Shown here one piece after another: positions 1 to 12,280 of a DNA stretch of 64,000 nt (positions are counted from its first letter, which is position 1; every line of letters starts with the position of its first letter). The position numbers and the translations under genes are program-made. The stretch is from Octopus vulgaris. Lineage: Eukaryota. The stretch is from contig OX597817.1 of NCBI GenBank assembly GCA_951406725.2, positions 16,678,001 through 16,742,000 on the forward strand. Reading direction: 5' to 3'. The notes under the pieces are model-generated. The model worked only from the letters and a program-made list of their open reading frames with translations. It was not told where the DNA came from and ran no database searches.

Positions 1-134
1 TTTATCCTTTTGGGGTTGATAAAATAAGTACCAGTTCAGTGTCAGGATTGATGAGATTGACTTACCCCTCTCCCCTGAACATGCTGACCTTGTACCAAAA
101 TTTGAGAGAAATATTTTTTGCTTCACTTTAATTT

Positions 135-350
135 GGCAAGCTGGCAGAATCGTTAGCTCGTGGGGCAAAATGCTTAGTGACATTTCATCCATCTTTACGT
201 TCTGAGTTCAAATTCTGCCAAGGTCGATTTTGCCTTTCATCTTTTTGGGGTCAATAAAGTAAGTACCAGTTGTGCATTGGGGGTCAATGCAATCAATCTA
301 CCTCATCCTTCGAATCTGCTGGCCTTGTGCCAAAATTCAAAACCAATATT
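135..350 (+). mobile_element. tRNA-derived SINE, family A (diverged copy; a partial copy also at 1-110)
   Basis: GAGCTGGCAGAA-like head and GTCGA(C/T)TTTGCCTTTCATC...GGGGTC..TAAA..AAGTACCAGTT central domain, repeated many times in the window. Confidence 0.8.
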
Positions 351-1859
351 TTGTGTCACTTTGAGAAAACTGTTTATTTTAATATTAGCTCTTTTAATTT
401 GAACAGAAGTCGATTGTTTATTTCACGAGGAAAAAAAAAACAGAGCCTCTTGTCTTATCATTTTTTGATTGATATGTAAACCAAATCTAGTTTTCAAGGA
501 TGATTTTTATTATTTACTTCCTACAATCTACGTCATAAAAATTAAGTTTGTCAACTTGGTGTGTAACTTCTTTCATAACAGTTACAAATTAATGAGAGTG
601 TTATTTCACTAAACTTGGTGAAATGTAACCATGTTGCATATAAGGTCTCAATTTAATTACGCAGTCATCCAGCAATCGGCTTGTTGGAAACCTATAACCA
701 ATGGTACTATTGTTCCCCAAATATGATGTAAAATATATCATCTTTTTCTTCTTTTACTTGTTTCAGTCAGTGGACAGCAGCTATGCTTGGGGAAATTACC
801 TTGAAGTATTTAGTTGAATAAATCACCCACCACCCAGTATTTTTAAAGTTCGGTTCTTAATCTATTAGTCTCTTTTACCTAACCTTCAAGTTATGGGGAC
901 ATAATCAAACTAACACTGGTGGAGAAGTGAAAGATCGCCATTCATTTGAAAATAATTTTAAAAAAAACATTAAAATATTGTATATTTAAGGAAAGCTAAA
1001 ATATAACTACTTACTGTACAAACAACTTACATTTTTGAAATCACATTCAGTTAAAAATATTTCTAAATGGTTAAAATAGTTAAAATAGTACGTCAAAGAG
1101 TTGAGGTTTATTTTTCTTAGAGAGCACGAAGACTATGTGTGTGTATATGTCGCAGATAGTGGACGTGTGTTTGTGTTGAATGACACGCCATTCCATTCAT
1201 TATATGTGTGTGTATTCTGTATGAGTGTTGACTTTCCGGAAGCCATGTTTTTGTCATCAAGAAATAAGTAAAAATTGTGTTTAATCGTTTTCATTAATAA
1301 ATAGAGGTTCAAATATCACAAAAATTTGTACTGCATTGCCGAAGGTAGGTATGAAAATAAATATGCAAAAAAAAATCAAATTAAGATATACTATTTCTGA
1401 GATATTTCGGGTACGAACAAACATTTAGAGTTTTAGTATTGTTAAGATGATAGACTCTCCCGACGAAGACGACGTATGAGCGTTCAGCTTTTGCAGAACG
1501 ACCTGCACAAATGATCTGTTTATAGCGATCAAGTGTTCGTGCCATACATTAACTCACTCTCTCCATCAAACTGACGTTGTCTGAATAGATGAACTGTGTA
1601 ACACGCGTCAGGTGTCGAAGTGATCGCAGAGCAACGTGAGATGAAATGTTTTGCTCAAGGACAGAACGCACCAGCCGGTCTAGGGATTGAAACCGTGATC
1701 TCGTGATCGCGAGTGCAACACCCTAACCACTAGGCCATGCGTCGTCATATACATATATGTATTTGGAGACAGTCATCTTTTGCTATTTAAACGTCTGCAG
1801 TATTTGATCTTCGTTTTTAGCTTTATTTAATTATTAGTATATTTGTCAGAGTTCTTCCG

Positions 1860-2130
1860 AAACACATTCTGTGATCACTTCAGCGACTTTCTGTCTCTCG
1901 AAACTCCTCTTGCCCTGTCTATTGAAGAGAGCGGGTTTGGATTTTACACCCATCTCCTGTCTTCTGATGGCCGAATATTGAAACTGACGCATCACTGCGA
2001 CAGTTCTTTAAATTCTTATACTCAATTCAGCTCTTTGCATTCCATCACTTATGAAAACGGCCCAAGATACTTGAACTTCACCTGCTTCAGTGGAATTCTA
2101 CTGGAGTTTCCTCGAAGAGTCTTCAGAGTA
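1860..2130 (-). pseudogene. Decayed RTE/Expander-like LINE RT fragment
   Basis: Minus strand reads KQVKFKYLG then, after a frameshift, SDGMQRAELSIRI, resembling the post-RT FKYLG...SDG...EI..RI segment. Confidence 0.45.
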
Positions 2131-2451
2131 ATGTTAGCTCAGAGTAATGCATAGCTCAGTGGTCAGAGAGGCGTTCCAGGTAGAGCTGTTACTTATCCGA
2201 ATTGAGAGAAACAAATTATTTTCTTAGGATATATTTTATATCGGGAATAGTGAACAATAACGTCGTTACTTATATGTTTCCAACTAACCAATCACAAGTT
2301 TACTGATTTTTGACAGTAAAAGTGACAAAAGAGAATGTCATTAACTCGGACAGAACAAATTTTGTTGGTGACTTCGTTTGTAAATACTGGATTTTCGGTT
2401 TCCTTGATGTTTACACAATTCTTCAATATGGGAAAATCACACTCATATATA

Positions 2452-2780
2452 GAGACCCCCTTCAGTCATGAATGACCATGGGATTGCACCTAGAAAGTTA
2501 CCCTCCGAGGCACAAGTCCGAGCAAGGTTGTTTGTGGAAGGCCAGCAGTCGCCCATGCATACCAGCCTCCCCTCTCCATGCCACCGATGTTATCCAAGGG
2601 AAAGGCAAAGGCCGATACAGCTTGGCACCAGTGACGTCGCAACTCATTTCTACAGCTGAGTGAACTGGAGCAACGTGAAATAAAGTGTGTTGCTCAAGAA
2701 CACAACATGCAGCTCGGTCCGGGAATCGAACTCACAACCTCACGATCGTAAGCTCGACGCTCTAACCACTGAGCCATGCG
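2452..2780 (-). mobile_element. tRNA-derived SINE, family E
   Basis: tRNA-like head on minus strand; flanked by direct repeat CTCATATATA; related copies at 23068-23397 and 23870-24110. Confidence 0.85.
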
Positions 2781-2835
2781 CTCATATATAATATAAGATA
2801 TTATATTCACACTCATATAATATAAGATATGTTTA

Positions 2836-3016
2836 TATAAAGTTATATTCAACACGTTCGAGTGTACTCAAACGCGAGAAGACCTTCCACTGCCGAGATA
2901 GCCTATCATATGTTTTCACCGAAGTCTACGAGGAGAATTTTCTCTCGTGATTATCTTCGCAGCGGAAAGCTTCCTCTCGTCCGAGTGCACTCGAACGTGT
3001 TGAATATAACTTTATA
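2836..3016. mobile_element. Palindromic MITE
   Basis: TATAAAGTTATATTCAACACGTTCGAGTG ... CACTCGAACGTGTTGAATATAACTTTATA terminal inverted repeat, continuing imperfectly inward. Confidence 0.8.
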
Positions 3017-3051
3017 CGAGTGCATTTCATTCAACGCGGCTTCGTACTACA

Positions 3052-3445
3052 TCTATATATATAAAAGTGAGGTTGTGTGCTGTCTGTCTCCTACGATTTA
3101 GATTCCTAACTACTTCCACATTTTGCGGTGCAGTTTAGCCAAAAGCGGGTATCTTATAGTCGTGATTCATATCGAGCCCTTCTGGGTATTAGCGCGCGTC
3201 TACGATGAGTCTACGATTTAAAAAAAAATTACCATAATTTTTTCCCATTTTTAATGCATTTTTGGCATATATAAGGGAAGTAACTCTCTAAAAATGTATT
3301 ATTAAATCTCAGAACGTAAAAAGCTACAGTAACACCCCACTTTGTGGTTAGCCATATTGAGATGGCTATTATACTTTACATCTCTAAAAATGCTTATATA
3401 GTTATTTCCCTTACAAACCCGAGCAACGCCGGGCGATACTGCTAG
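3052..3445 (+). mobile_element. Non-autonomous Helitron
   Basis: A|TCTATATATATAAAAG 5' end, subterminal hairpin CCCGAGCAACGCCGGG, CTAG|T 3' end; near-identical copy at 26537-26933. Confidence 0.9.
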
Positions 3446-3875
3446 TTATTTATATAAGATATAATACAAGACAGAAAAAAGTAAAAATAAAATCGATCTA
3501 TCCACTAGAGTCGAACTACGTATCTGCTACTTGTCAGGTTATCGACTACTCTGTGTAGATTCTGAATTTATTTGATTATCAAAATAGCATTTATAAACAT
3601 CTTTAAACAATCTGTTCTTCTCTCATATCCCACGAGAATCACAGACAATTTAGCAGTAATTTCACCACTGGCAGATAGGTTTCACAAATTAGCTTCCAGT
3701 ATCAGAGGAATTGTTCTGTACTTACAACTTGGAGTACCCCCAAAATATCTAGCGTAATTAGCTGACATAAGTCGTTAAGAATTTTTTAAAAATTACACAC
3801 ACACACACATACACGTAGACACACACACACACACACACACACACGTAGACACGCACGCACACACGTACACACACG

Positions 3876-3907
<32 letters not shown>

Positions 3908-4094
3908 CTCTGAACTAGCTATGTTGCACCGTAAATGACCACTTCCAGCGACCTTTTCTCCAGAAATGAAGGAGGGTTGAACAAGAGGCTAGCAATCTCT
4001 TTACATAGAAAAACTGAGGATATTCCTGATGCACAGCACGAAATAGGGGAAGAACAGAAAACGCGAGTGCGCGCATGTGCATAATATAGGATAA

Positions 4095-4528
4095 TAGGAG
4101 TGGCTGTGTGGTAAGTAGCTTGCTAAACCAGCCACATGGTTCCGGGTTCAGTCCCACTGCGTGGCATCTTGGGCAAGTGTCTTCTGCTATAGCCCCAGGC
4201 CGACCAATGCCTTGTGAGTGGATTTGGTAGACAGAAACTGAAAGAAGCCTGTCGTATATACGTCCATTCGTGTATTTCACGTTATTTATTTATGTAAAGG
4301 TTTATTATATATGCATGTGTGTGTTTGTGTGTCTGTGTTTGTCCCCCTAGCATTGCTTGACAACCGATGCTGGTGTGTTTACGTCCCCGTCACTTAGCGG
4401 TTCGGCAAAAGAGACCGATAGAATAAGTACTGGGCTTACAAAGAATAAGTCCCGGCGTTGATTTGCTCGACTAAAGGCGGTGCTCCAGCATGGCCGCAGT
4501 CAAAATGACTGATACAAGTAAAAGAGTA
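4095..4528 (+). mobile_element. tRNA-derived SINE, family B (CORE-like CTTGGGCAAGT domain)
   Basis: GGAGTGGCTGTGTGGTAAG head, internal TA/TG microsatellite, AAAAGAGT tail; multiple copies in the window. Confidence 0.9.
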
Positions 4529-4761
4529 TATATTGTGTACGTCCATGCATAAGAAACATTACTGCAAATATGCAGCAAGAACTCATCACCAGACGTAATG
4601 AATATCGTCAACGGAATGGCAAGTGATAAAATTCTGGGTTAATGTCGACATTATCCGGATACGAAATGAAAAAAAAAAAAAGAAAACTAGTGCAACGGGT
4701 GTAAAAAAAAAGGTGTAGGAAGCGAATATGAAAAGGAAAATGCCCGGAAAGTAACGGGAGG

Positions 4762-7370
4762 TGGAGAGAGGCCTTCGGAAAATTCACAAGATCTGATGCT
4801 TTTCTCTCATAACTTTTAGGAAAATGGGGTTTTATTGAATGAAATTTTATATAAATACCTTTCAAACGGTATAGATTATGATTATGAAGAAATTTGTGGG
4901 GAAAATCTTTTCCCATGGCGTGGGGAGAGGACTTCGGAAAATTCACAAGATCCGATGTTTTTCTCTCATAACTTTTAGGAAAATGGGGTTTTATTGAATG
5001 AAATTTTATATAAATACCTTTCAAACGGTATAGATTATGATTATGAAAAAATTTGTGGGGAAAATCTTTTCCCATGGCGTGGGGAGAGGACTTCGGAAAA
5101 TTCACAAGATCCGATGTTTTTCTCTCATAACTTTTAGGAAAATGGGGTTTTATTGAATGAAATTTTATATAAATACCTTTCAAACGGTATAGATTATGAT
5201 TATGAAGAAATTTGTGGGGAAAATCTTTTCCCATGGCGTGGGGAGAGGACTTCGGAAAATTCACAAGACCCGATGTTTTTCTCTCATAACTTTTAGGAAA
5301 ATGGGGTTTTATTGAATGAAATTTTATATAAATACCTTTCAAACGGTATAGATTATGATTATGAAAAAATTTGTGGGGAAAATCTTTTCCCATGGCGTGG
5401 GGAGAGGACTTCGGAAAATTCACAAGATCCGATGTTTTTCTCTCATAACTTTTAGGAAAATGGGGTTTTATTGAATGAAATTTTATATAAATACCTTTCA
5501 AACGGTATAGATTATGATTATGAAGAAATTTGTGGGGAAAATCTTTTCCCATGGCGTGGGGAGAGGACTTCGGAAAATTCACAAGACCCGATGTTTTTCT
5601 CTCATAACTTTTAGGAAAATGGGGTTTTATTGAATGAAATTTTATATAAATACCTTTCAAACGGTATAGATTATGATTATGAAAAAATTTGTGGGGAAAA
5701 TCTTTTCCCATGGCGTGGGGAGAGGACTTCGGAAAATTCACAAGATCCGATGTTTTTCTCTCATAACTTTTAGGAAAATGGGGTTTTATTGAATGAAATT
5801 TTATATAAATACCTTTCAAACGGTATAGATTATGATTATGAAGAAATTTGTGGGGAAAATCTTTTCCGATGGCGTGGGGAGAGGACTTCGGAAAATTCAC
5901 AAGACCCGATGTTTTTCTCTCATAACTTTTAGGAAAATGGGGTTTTATTGAATGAAATTTTATATAAATACCTTTCAAACGGTATAGATTATGATTATGA
6001 AGAAATTTGTGGGGAAAATCTTTTCCCATGGCGTGGGGAGAGGACTTCGGAAAATTCACAAGATCCGATGTTTTTCTCTCGTAACTTTTAGGAAAATGGG
6101 GTTTTATTGAATGAAATTTTATATAAATACCTTTCAAACGGTATAGATTATGATTATGAAGAAATTTGTGGGGAAAATCTTTTCCCATGGCGTGGGGAGA
6201 GGACTTCGGAAAATTCACAAGATCCGATGTTTTTCCCTCGTAACTTTTAGGAAAATGGGGTTTTATTGAATGAAATTTTATATAAATACCTTTCAAACGG
6301 TATAGATTATGATTATGAAGAAATTTGTGGGGAAAATCTTTTCCCATGGCGTGGGGAGAGGACTTCGGAAAATTCACAAGACCCGATGTTTTTCTCTCAT
6401 AACTTTTAGGAAAATGGGGTTTTATTGAATGAAATTTTATATAAATACCTTTCAAACGGTATAGATTATGATTATGAAGAAATTTGTGGGGAAAATCTTT
6501 TCCCATGGCGTGGGGAGAGGACTTCGGAAAATTCACAAGACCCGATGTTTTTCTCTCATAACTTTTAGGAAAATGGGGTTTTATTGAATGAAATTTTATA
6601 TAAATACCTTTCAAACGGTATAGATTATGATTATGAAGAAATTTGTGGGGAAAATCTTTTCCCATGGCGTGGGGAGAGGACTTCGGAAAATTCACAAGAT
6701 CCGATGTTTTTCTCTCATAACTTTTAGGAAAATGGGGTTTTATTGAATGAAATTTTATATAAATACCTTTCAAACGGTATAGATTATGATTATGAAGAAA
6801 TTTGTGGGGAAAATCTTTTCCGATGGCGTGGGGAGAGGACTTCGGAAAATTCACAAGACCCGATGTTTTTCTCTCATAACTTTTAGGAAAATGGGGTTTT
6901 ATTGAATGAAATTTTATATAAATACCTTTCAAACGGTATAGATTATGATTATGAAGAAATTTGTGGGGAAAATCTTTTCCCATGGCGTGGGGAGAGGACT
7001 TCGGAAAATTCACAAGATCCGATGTTTTTCTCTCGTAACTTTTAGGAAAATGGGGTTTTATTGAATGAAATTTTATATAAATACCTTTCAAACGGTATAG
7101 ATTATGATTATGAAGAAATTTGTGGGGAAAATCTTTTCCCATGGCGTGGGGAGAGGACTTCGGAAAATTCACAAGATCCGATGTTTTTCCCTCGTAACTT
7201 TTAGGAAAATGGGGTTTTATTGAATGAAATTTCATATAAATACCTTTCAAACGGTATAGATTATGATTATGAAGAAATTTGTGGGGAAAATCTTTTCCGA
7301 TGGCGTGGGGAGAGGACTTCGGAAAATTCACAAGATCCGATGCTTTTCCCTCGTAACTTTGAGGAAAATG
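4762..7370. repeat. Tandem satellite, 159-bp unit, 16 full copies plus partial units
   Basis: TTCACAAG recurs every 159 bp from 4783 to 7327; units differ at only a few sites; source of the 907-aa repetitive minus-strand ORF. Confidence 0.97.
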
Positions 7371-7830
7371 GATATTTTTCTACTTCACACCCACGTAGGA
7401 AACGGATCTGAAAGCAAAAATGCGAAGAAAGCAACGGGGCGGGGGAAAAGAGGACTTCGGAAAATTCACAAGATTCACAAGATTCGATTTTTTCCCTTGT
7501 AACTTTAAGGAAAATGGATATCTTTTAATGAAATTATATATAAATACCTTTTAAACAGCATTCATTACGGATGCCTAATGTGCTGCAAATCCCTTATTTT
7601 TCTTCGGAAAAAGTGGAGGAAACTGGAATTATTGGAGAATGTATTTTTTTTCGATGAATAAATTACGGTGTCCTAATATGTCACAAAACACATTTTTGTC
7701 CGGAAAAAAGGGGCTGTTTCTTTTTTTTAATTCCGTTAAATTTTTACATGTGCACCTTTATAAAAATTAGTGGTAACGAAGTCTGGACAGGAAAGAGAAA
7801 GAATGATACAAAATCCTTTTAAAAACCACG

Positions 7831-7833
<3 letters not shown>

Positions 7834-7869
<36 letters not shown>

Positions 7870-7892
7870 GTGCGTGCGTGTGTGTGTGTGTG

Positions 7893-7943
<51 letters not shown>
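7834..7943. repeat. (TG)n(TA)n microsatellite
   Basis: Direct reading. Confidence 0.95.
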
Positions 7944-7947
<4 letters not shown>

Positions 7948-8797
7948 GAAGTAAGGACCCGAACCCTTCAAAGGGATGTTTAGCGTCCAAGTTCCTGGGG
8001 TAATGCCTAATTCGTGATTTCAAAAGGATTATATTTTCCTCAGTTACGAGGGAAAATCTAGGATCTTGCGAATCTTGTAAATTTTCCGAAGTCCTCTCCC
8101 CACCCCCTCGGAAAAGATTTTCCCCACAAATTTCTTTACAATCGTAATCTATACCGTTTGAAAAGTATTTATATAAAATTTCATTGAAAAAAAGCCCCAT
8201 TTTCCTAAAAGTTATGAGGGAAAAACATCGGTTCTTATGAATTTCCCGAAGGCCTCTCTCCACCCCATTTCTTTCTGGGCATTTTTGTTTTCATATTTGT
8301 TTCCTACACCATTTTTTTTACACTCGTCGCACTATTGTGTTTTCGATCGCTTTTCCGGTTAAAATATCAACATTAACCAAATTAAAAGTCATTGACTTTC
8401 AATGAAGATAAATCTTAGTCACATATGAATATCCAGTTTTCACTTATAAAATATAATGTCAATATGAGATATCCTTTAGTACTTACATTAAAATGAAATG
8501 CTGTAACGACTACTTATTGATTCAGTCAAATGAATATCAGTAATACTACTAGTTTTGCTAGGTCAAAATATTCAGCGAAATCCTTTCTCCTACAGCAATT
8601 GGCTTTTTGTACAAGAAAGAAATCGCAATTGGTTCTCCATTTTGATAGCAACCTACCTAATATTGGCCTTGGTTAAATGATACAAACTTCGTGTATTAAA
8701 GCGATCTAATCAAAGGCTTTCACGTCTTTCTCAGGGCTACCTTGGAATACATATTCTAACACATCATTTCTGTATTCAAAGTGGTGAAATGCAATTA

Positions 8798-9972
8798 TCA
8801 TAAATCCTCGAGTATAATCCGCATTTTTTCCCAAAATTTAAAGGTTAAAATCCCTAGTGCGTACGATATACGAGGTCAAAAATGAAAAATATTTTCTAAG
8901 CAATGTCCGAGTCTCTATTTGCTGTCCGGCAATGTTTACTCAGACGCATTTTGTGATGTCGGGCGCGAAAATACCTTAAGCTAAGTCTGAAAGCAATGAA
9001 GTCATAAAAGAATCATCCATAACTTGCAGTAAGCAACATTTATTAAAATAAAAGTATTCAGAACACAGAATAACATGTAACAAAAACAATTTGCAAACAT
9101 ATTTACATTCCCATATAACAGTTAAGAACATCACCATTATTGTATTACGCATGCGTGGAAGTGTTTGTTCGACTAGGTGCTGCTGGCTTAATTACGCACG
9201 AATTGTGCATTGTAGTTTAGCGCTAAATAGTTCATCCTGCTGTTTGTATGGGTACTCAGGATGACGTTGTATGGAAAGATGAAATAAATGAAAGTGAATC
9301 TTCTGATGTTGACTATGAATCTGACGATGACGGAGATTTACACTACAATGGTGCTGACATGTTTACGGAGGAACAAACGGAACAGTTATTTGATGCTGAA
9401 AGTGACGTTGAATTTGAAGGATTTGAATAAATGTTCTTGCTTTTGCTTTTGTAACTGATAATGATAAATATGTAAAAGCAATTTACTAAATATTTATTTT
9501 TCACTGGCGTTATTACTGTTATTTCTTTATTTTCTGCAAACAAAATGCACAAAAAAAGATACACGTTAGCATTATGTTATATATACAACAGTGGTTTTCA
9601 ACCAGGGGTTCCGCCATTACAGTCCAGGGGTTCCGCAAGAAGTTACAAAACTGCTAAAATCGGCAGTAATTTTTAATTCTCCTGTGCAGATATGTGTACA
9701 TAAGACTATTAAATTATTGCACAGGGGTTCCTCGAGCCAGTGGAATGTTTCCTTGGGGTTCCGCTCCAGCAAAAAGTTTGAAAAGCACTGATATACAATA
9801 ATAAAAATGGACGTTACATTTTTACAAACCAAGGATGTTATATAGACCTCCTTGATTCAAGTTAGAGAAGGGGTGCGTATTATACACAAGGTTTAGGTTT
9901 TTCAGAAGTACATCCCCCTAAAAATCCCCTGCGTATTGTACTCAAGGGCGGACTATACTCGAGGATTTACGG
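8798..9972 (+). mobile_element. Internally deleted pogo/Tc2-like DNA transposon
   Basis: TA|(T)CATAAATCCTCGAGTATA ... TATACTCGAGGATTTACGG|TA TIRs; 9248-9430 encodes a pogo-type acidic C-terminal tail GTQDDVVW...LFDAESDVEFEGFE*. Confidence 0.8.
9589..9790. mobile_element. hAT (Charlie/MER5-like) MITE nested in the pogo-like element
   Basis: CAGTGGTTTTCAA...TTGAAAAGCACTG TIRs; perfect 8-bp TSD ATATACAA (9581-9588, 9791-9798). Confidence 0.92.
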
Positions 9973-10179
9973 TAAAAAGAAATTTGGTTGCAATTTGTAA
10001 CAGGTCGAGCGATTGTGTAGAGGCTGATAAATTTCTTCACGCTAAACGTTTCTACTCAAAAGATAAATTGTTTTACCTGCAGTGGTTCTCACTTAGTTTG
10101 TACCTTCTATTTAAGATCTTTGATTCTCAAACAGCGCGCCATTTTAATAATATAAATAGAGTTTACAAAATCCATACTA

Positions 10180-10558
10180 GGATTAGGAAGCACTCCGTCG
10201 GTTACGACGACGAGGGTTCCGGTTGATCCGATCAACGGAACAGCCTGCTCGTGAAATTAACGTGTAAGTGGCTGAGCACTCCACAGACACGTGTACCCTT
10301 AACGTAGTTCTCGGGGACATTCATCGTGACACAGAGAGTGACAAGGCCGGCCCCTTGAAATACAGGTACAACAGAAACAGGAAGTAAGAGTGAGAGAAAG
10401 AGTACAGCAGGGATCACCACCATCCCCTGCCGGAGCCTCGTGGAGCTTTTAGGTGTTTTCGCTCAATAAACACTCACAACGCCCGGTCTGGGAATCGAAA
10501 CCACGATCCTACGACCGCGAGTCCGCTGCCCTAACCGCTGGGCCATTGCGCCTCCACT
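10180..10558 (-). mobile_element. tRNA-derived SINE, family C, full length
   Basis: TGGAGGCGCAATGGCCCAG head, CGACGGAGTGCTTCC tail, TSD CAAAATCCATACTA (10166-10179, 10559-10572). Confidence 0.92.
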
Positions 10559-11409
10559 CAAAATCCATACTAATACTTGAGCTTCTTCAAAAAAATGTGT
10601 TATTCATCAGTTTCTTATACACAAGTATAATTAATAACACAAGATAAGCAATATCTTCCTCTATTTTATCCCAATTTCTTTTTCTCGTTATAACATAAAA
10701 AAACCAAACAAAATAACAAAAAAATAACCCAACTTCCCTTACGAAGTACACCATTAATTTTTTCTTTTTTCTAGATCGCTGAGAGATAAAAGAGAACGAA
10801 AACCATTGATTTAAAGCGATTAGTATAATTAATTAATTTGCACTACTGATGATCTAACTTCTCCTTTTTAAATTTTGCGTAACTATTTACAGAACGAAGT
10901 GTATTTAAGTAAACTACATGTATATGTGTATTCAAGCAAACTACATCCTGTGATAGTACTTTAGGCTCCATCGACGGCGGCAAAGTAGCAGCAGTAATGC
11001 TTGGACTAAATGTCTAGTACTATGTAGTTTTATCCTATTACATTCTGAGTTTAAACTCCGTTAAACTCAGAACCTACCATTTTTCTAGAGTTAGTAAAAT
11101 TACTATCATAACATGTACTGGAAGTCGATTCAATCGACTGCACACTATCCGCTACAAATCTGTGGTTTTCTGCTAATAGTATTAGAAATCATCGCTTGAG
11201 TACCCAACTTCATGTCATTATTTCGCCTTATTAAAGTGGCGAACTGGTACAATCGACAAAATGCATCGCTGCGTTTCTTTCGGCTTTTCCGTTTCACCGA
11301 GGTCGACTTTTCATCTTTTCGAGTTAAAAAAGTATATCCGCTAGAGATGTCGTAGTCGACTTGCTCCATCTCTTAATTCTGCTGGTTTGGTGTCAAAAAT
11401 TTGAAACAC

Positions 11410-11912
11410 TGTAAAGTATAGAAGCCATCTTATCATGGCTAACCACATTGGGGAGGGGGTGTTACTGTAGCTTTATAGCCCCAAGAGATCGTCGTCTCTA
11501 GCTGGCTTTAGACACAATATCAGTGTCCTTGGAGTATTTGCAAAGGGAGGCCATCCCTTTCTCGCAAGCCTGAGTGATACGCTCGAACTAGTTTCGGGAT
11601 TGTTGTCCCTCGTCAACAGGTGGTAACCACCAGGTCGCAATGAAAGTGAAGGCTACTTTGCAAATATATATAAGTTTTTCTAGTGGCATCTGCCACTGAT
11701 GTCGAAAAACGAGGGACAACAATCCCGAAACTAGTTCGAGCGTATCACTCAGGCTTGCGAGGAAGGGATAGCCTCCCTTTGCAAATACACCAAGGACACT
11801 GATATTCTGTCTAAAGCCAGCTAGAGACGACGATCTCTTGGGGCTATAAAGCTACAGTAACACCCCCTCCCCAATGTGGTTAGCCATGATAAGATGGCTT
11901 CTATACTTTACA
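11410..11912. mobile_element. Palindromic MITE with about 200-bp near-perfect TIRs
   Basis: TGTAAAGTATAGAAGCCATCTTATCATGGC ... GCCATGATAAGATGGCTTCTATACTTTACA; short unique spacer; superfamily not assigned. Confidence 0.88.
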
Positions 11913-12280
11913 TTATCGAGCGATTACTGTTTCAATCTCATTCTGAGATTTAATTATGCATATTTGAAACACTTATTTCTCCTTATTTATTTTCGTTTTC
12001 TGTCTCTTTATACCGTCAAAATTGTTGTAAAAAGATTAATGTTCCCTCCTATCCGCCGTTTTTAGGATTTCTGTTAATTTGACAGTCAGTAGCTGCCAAT
12101 TCGTGAACCAAGGGAAGACTTGAAATCAGTTGTGCAAGCTAACGAAACACTCTTTCGTTACGTTTCTGTTCCTTACAGCAGTCATGGGAAAACTACGCCT
12201 CGCGGGACTTTCTGAATGGTATACCTAACGAAAAATGACCTCGATTTTTTTGTATAGTGTGCGATACGCCTAATGATAAA

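Larger units (their letters stand above)
4637..8378. mobile_element. Foldback-like non-autonomous DNA transposon with long inverted arms containing the satellite unit
   Basis: GGTTAATGTCGACATT at 4637 and AATATCAACATTAACC ending 8378; about 8040-8378 is an inverted, diverged copy of the left flank plus about one satellite unit; no clear TSD. Confidence 0.65.

Noticed and set aside
4608-7331. 907-aa ORF as a protein-coding gene
   Set aside because: Explained by a 159-bp tandem unit lacking stops in one frame; no unique domain and no sign of synonymous bias
4762-7370. CRISPR-like array
   Set aside because: Units are contiguous near-identical repeats with no unique spacers; eukaryotic context with no cas genes
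9248-9430. Acidic 60-aa ORF as a host gene
   Set aside because: Lies inside pogo-like TIRs and matches a transposase C-terminal tail pattern
11585-11740. Hammerhead-like GA-GGGA-CAACAA-TCCC-GAAAC-TAGT in the MITE arms
   Set aside because: Core is broken (TTGACGA on one arm, interrupted on the other) and no stem I pairing is visible
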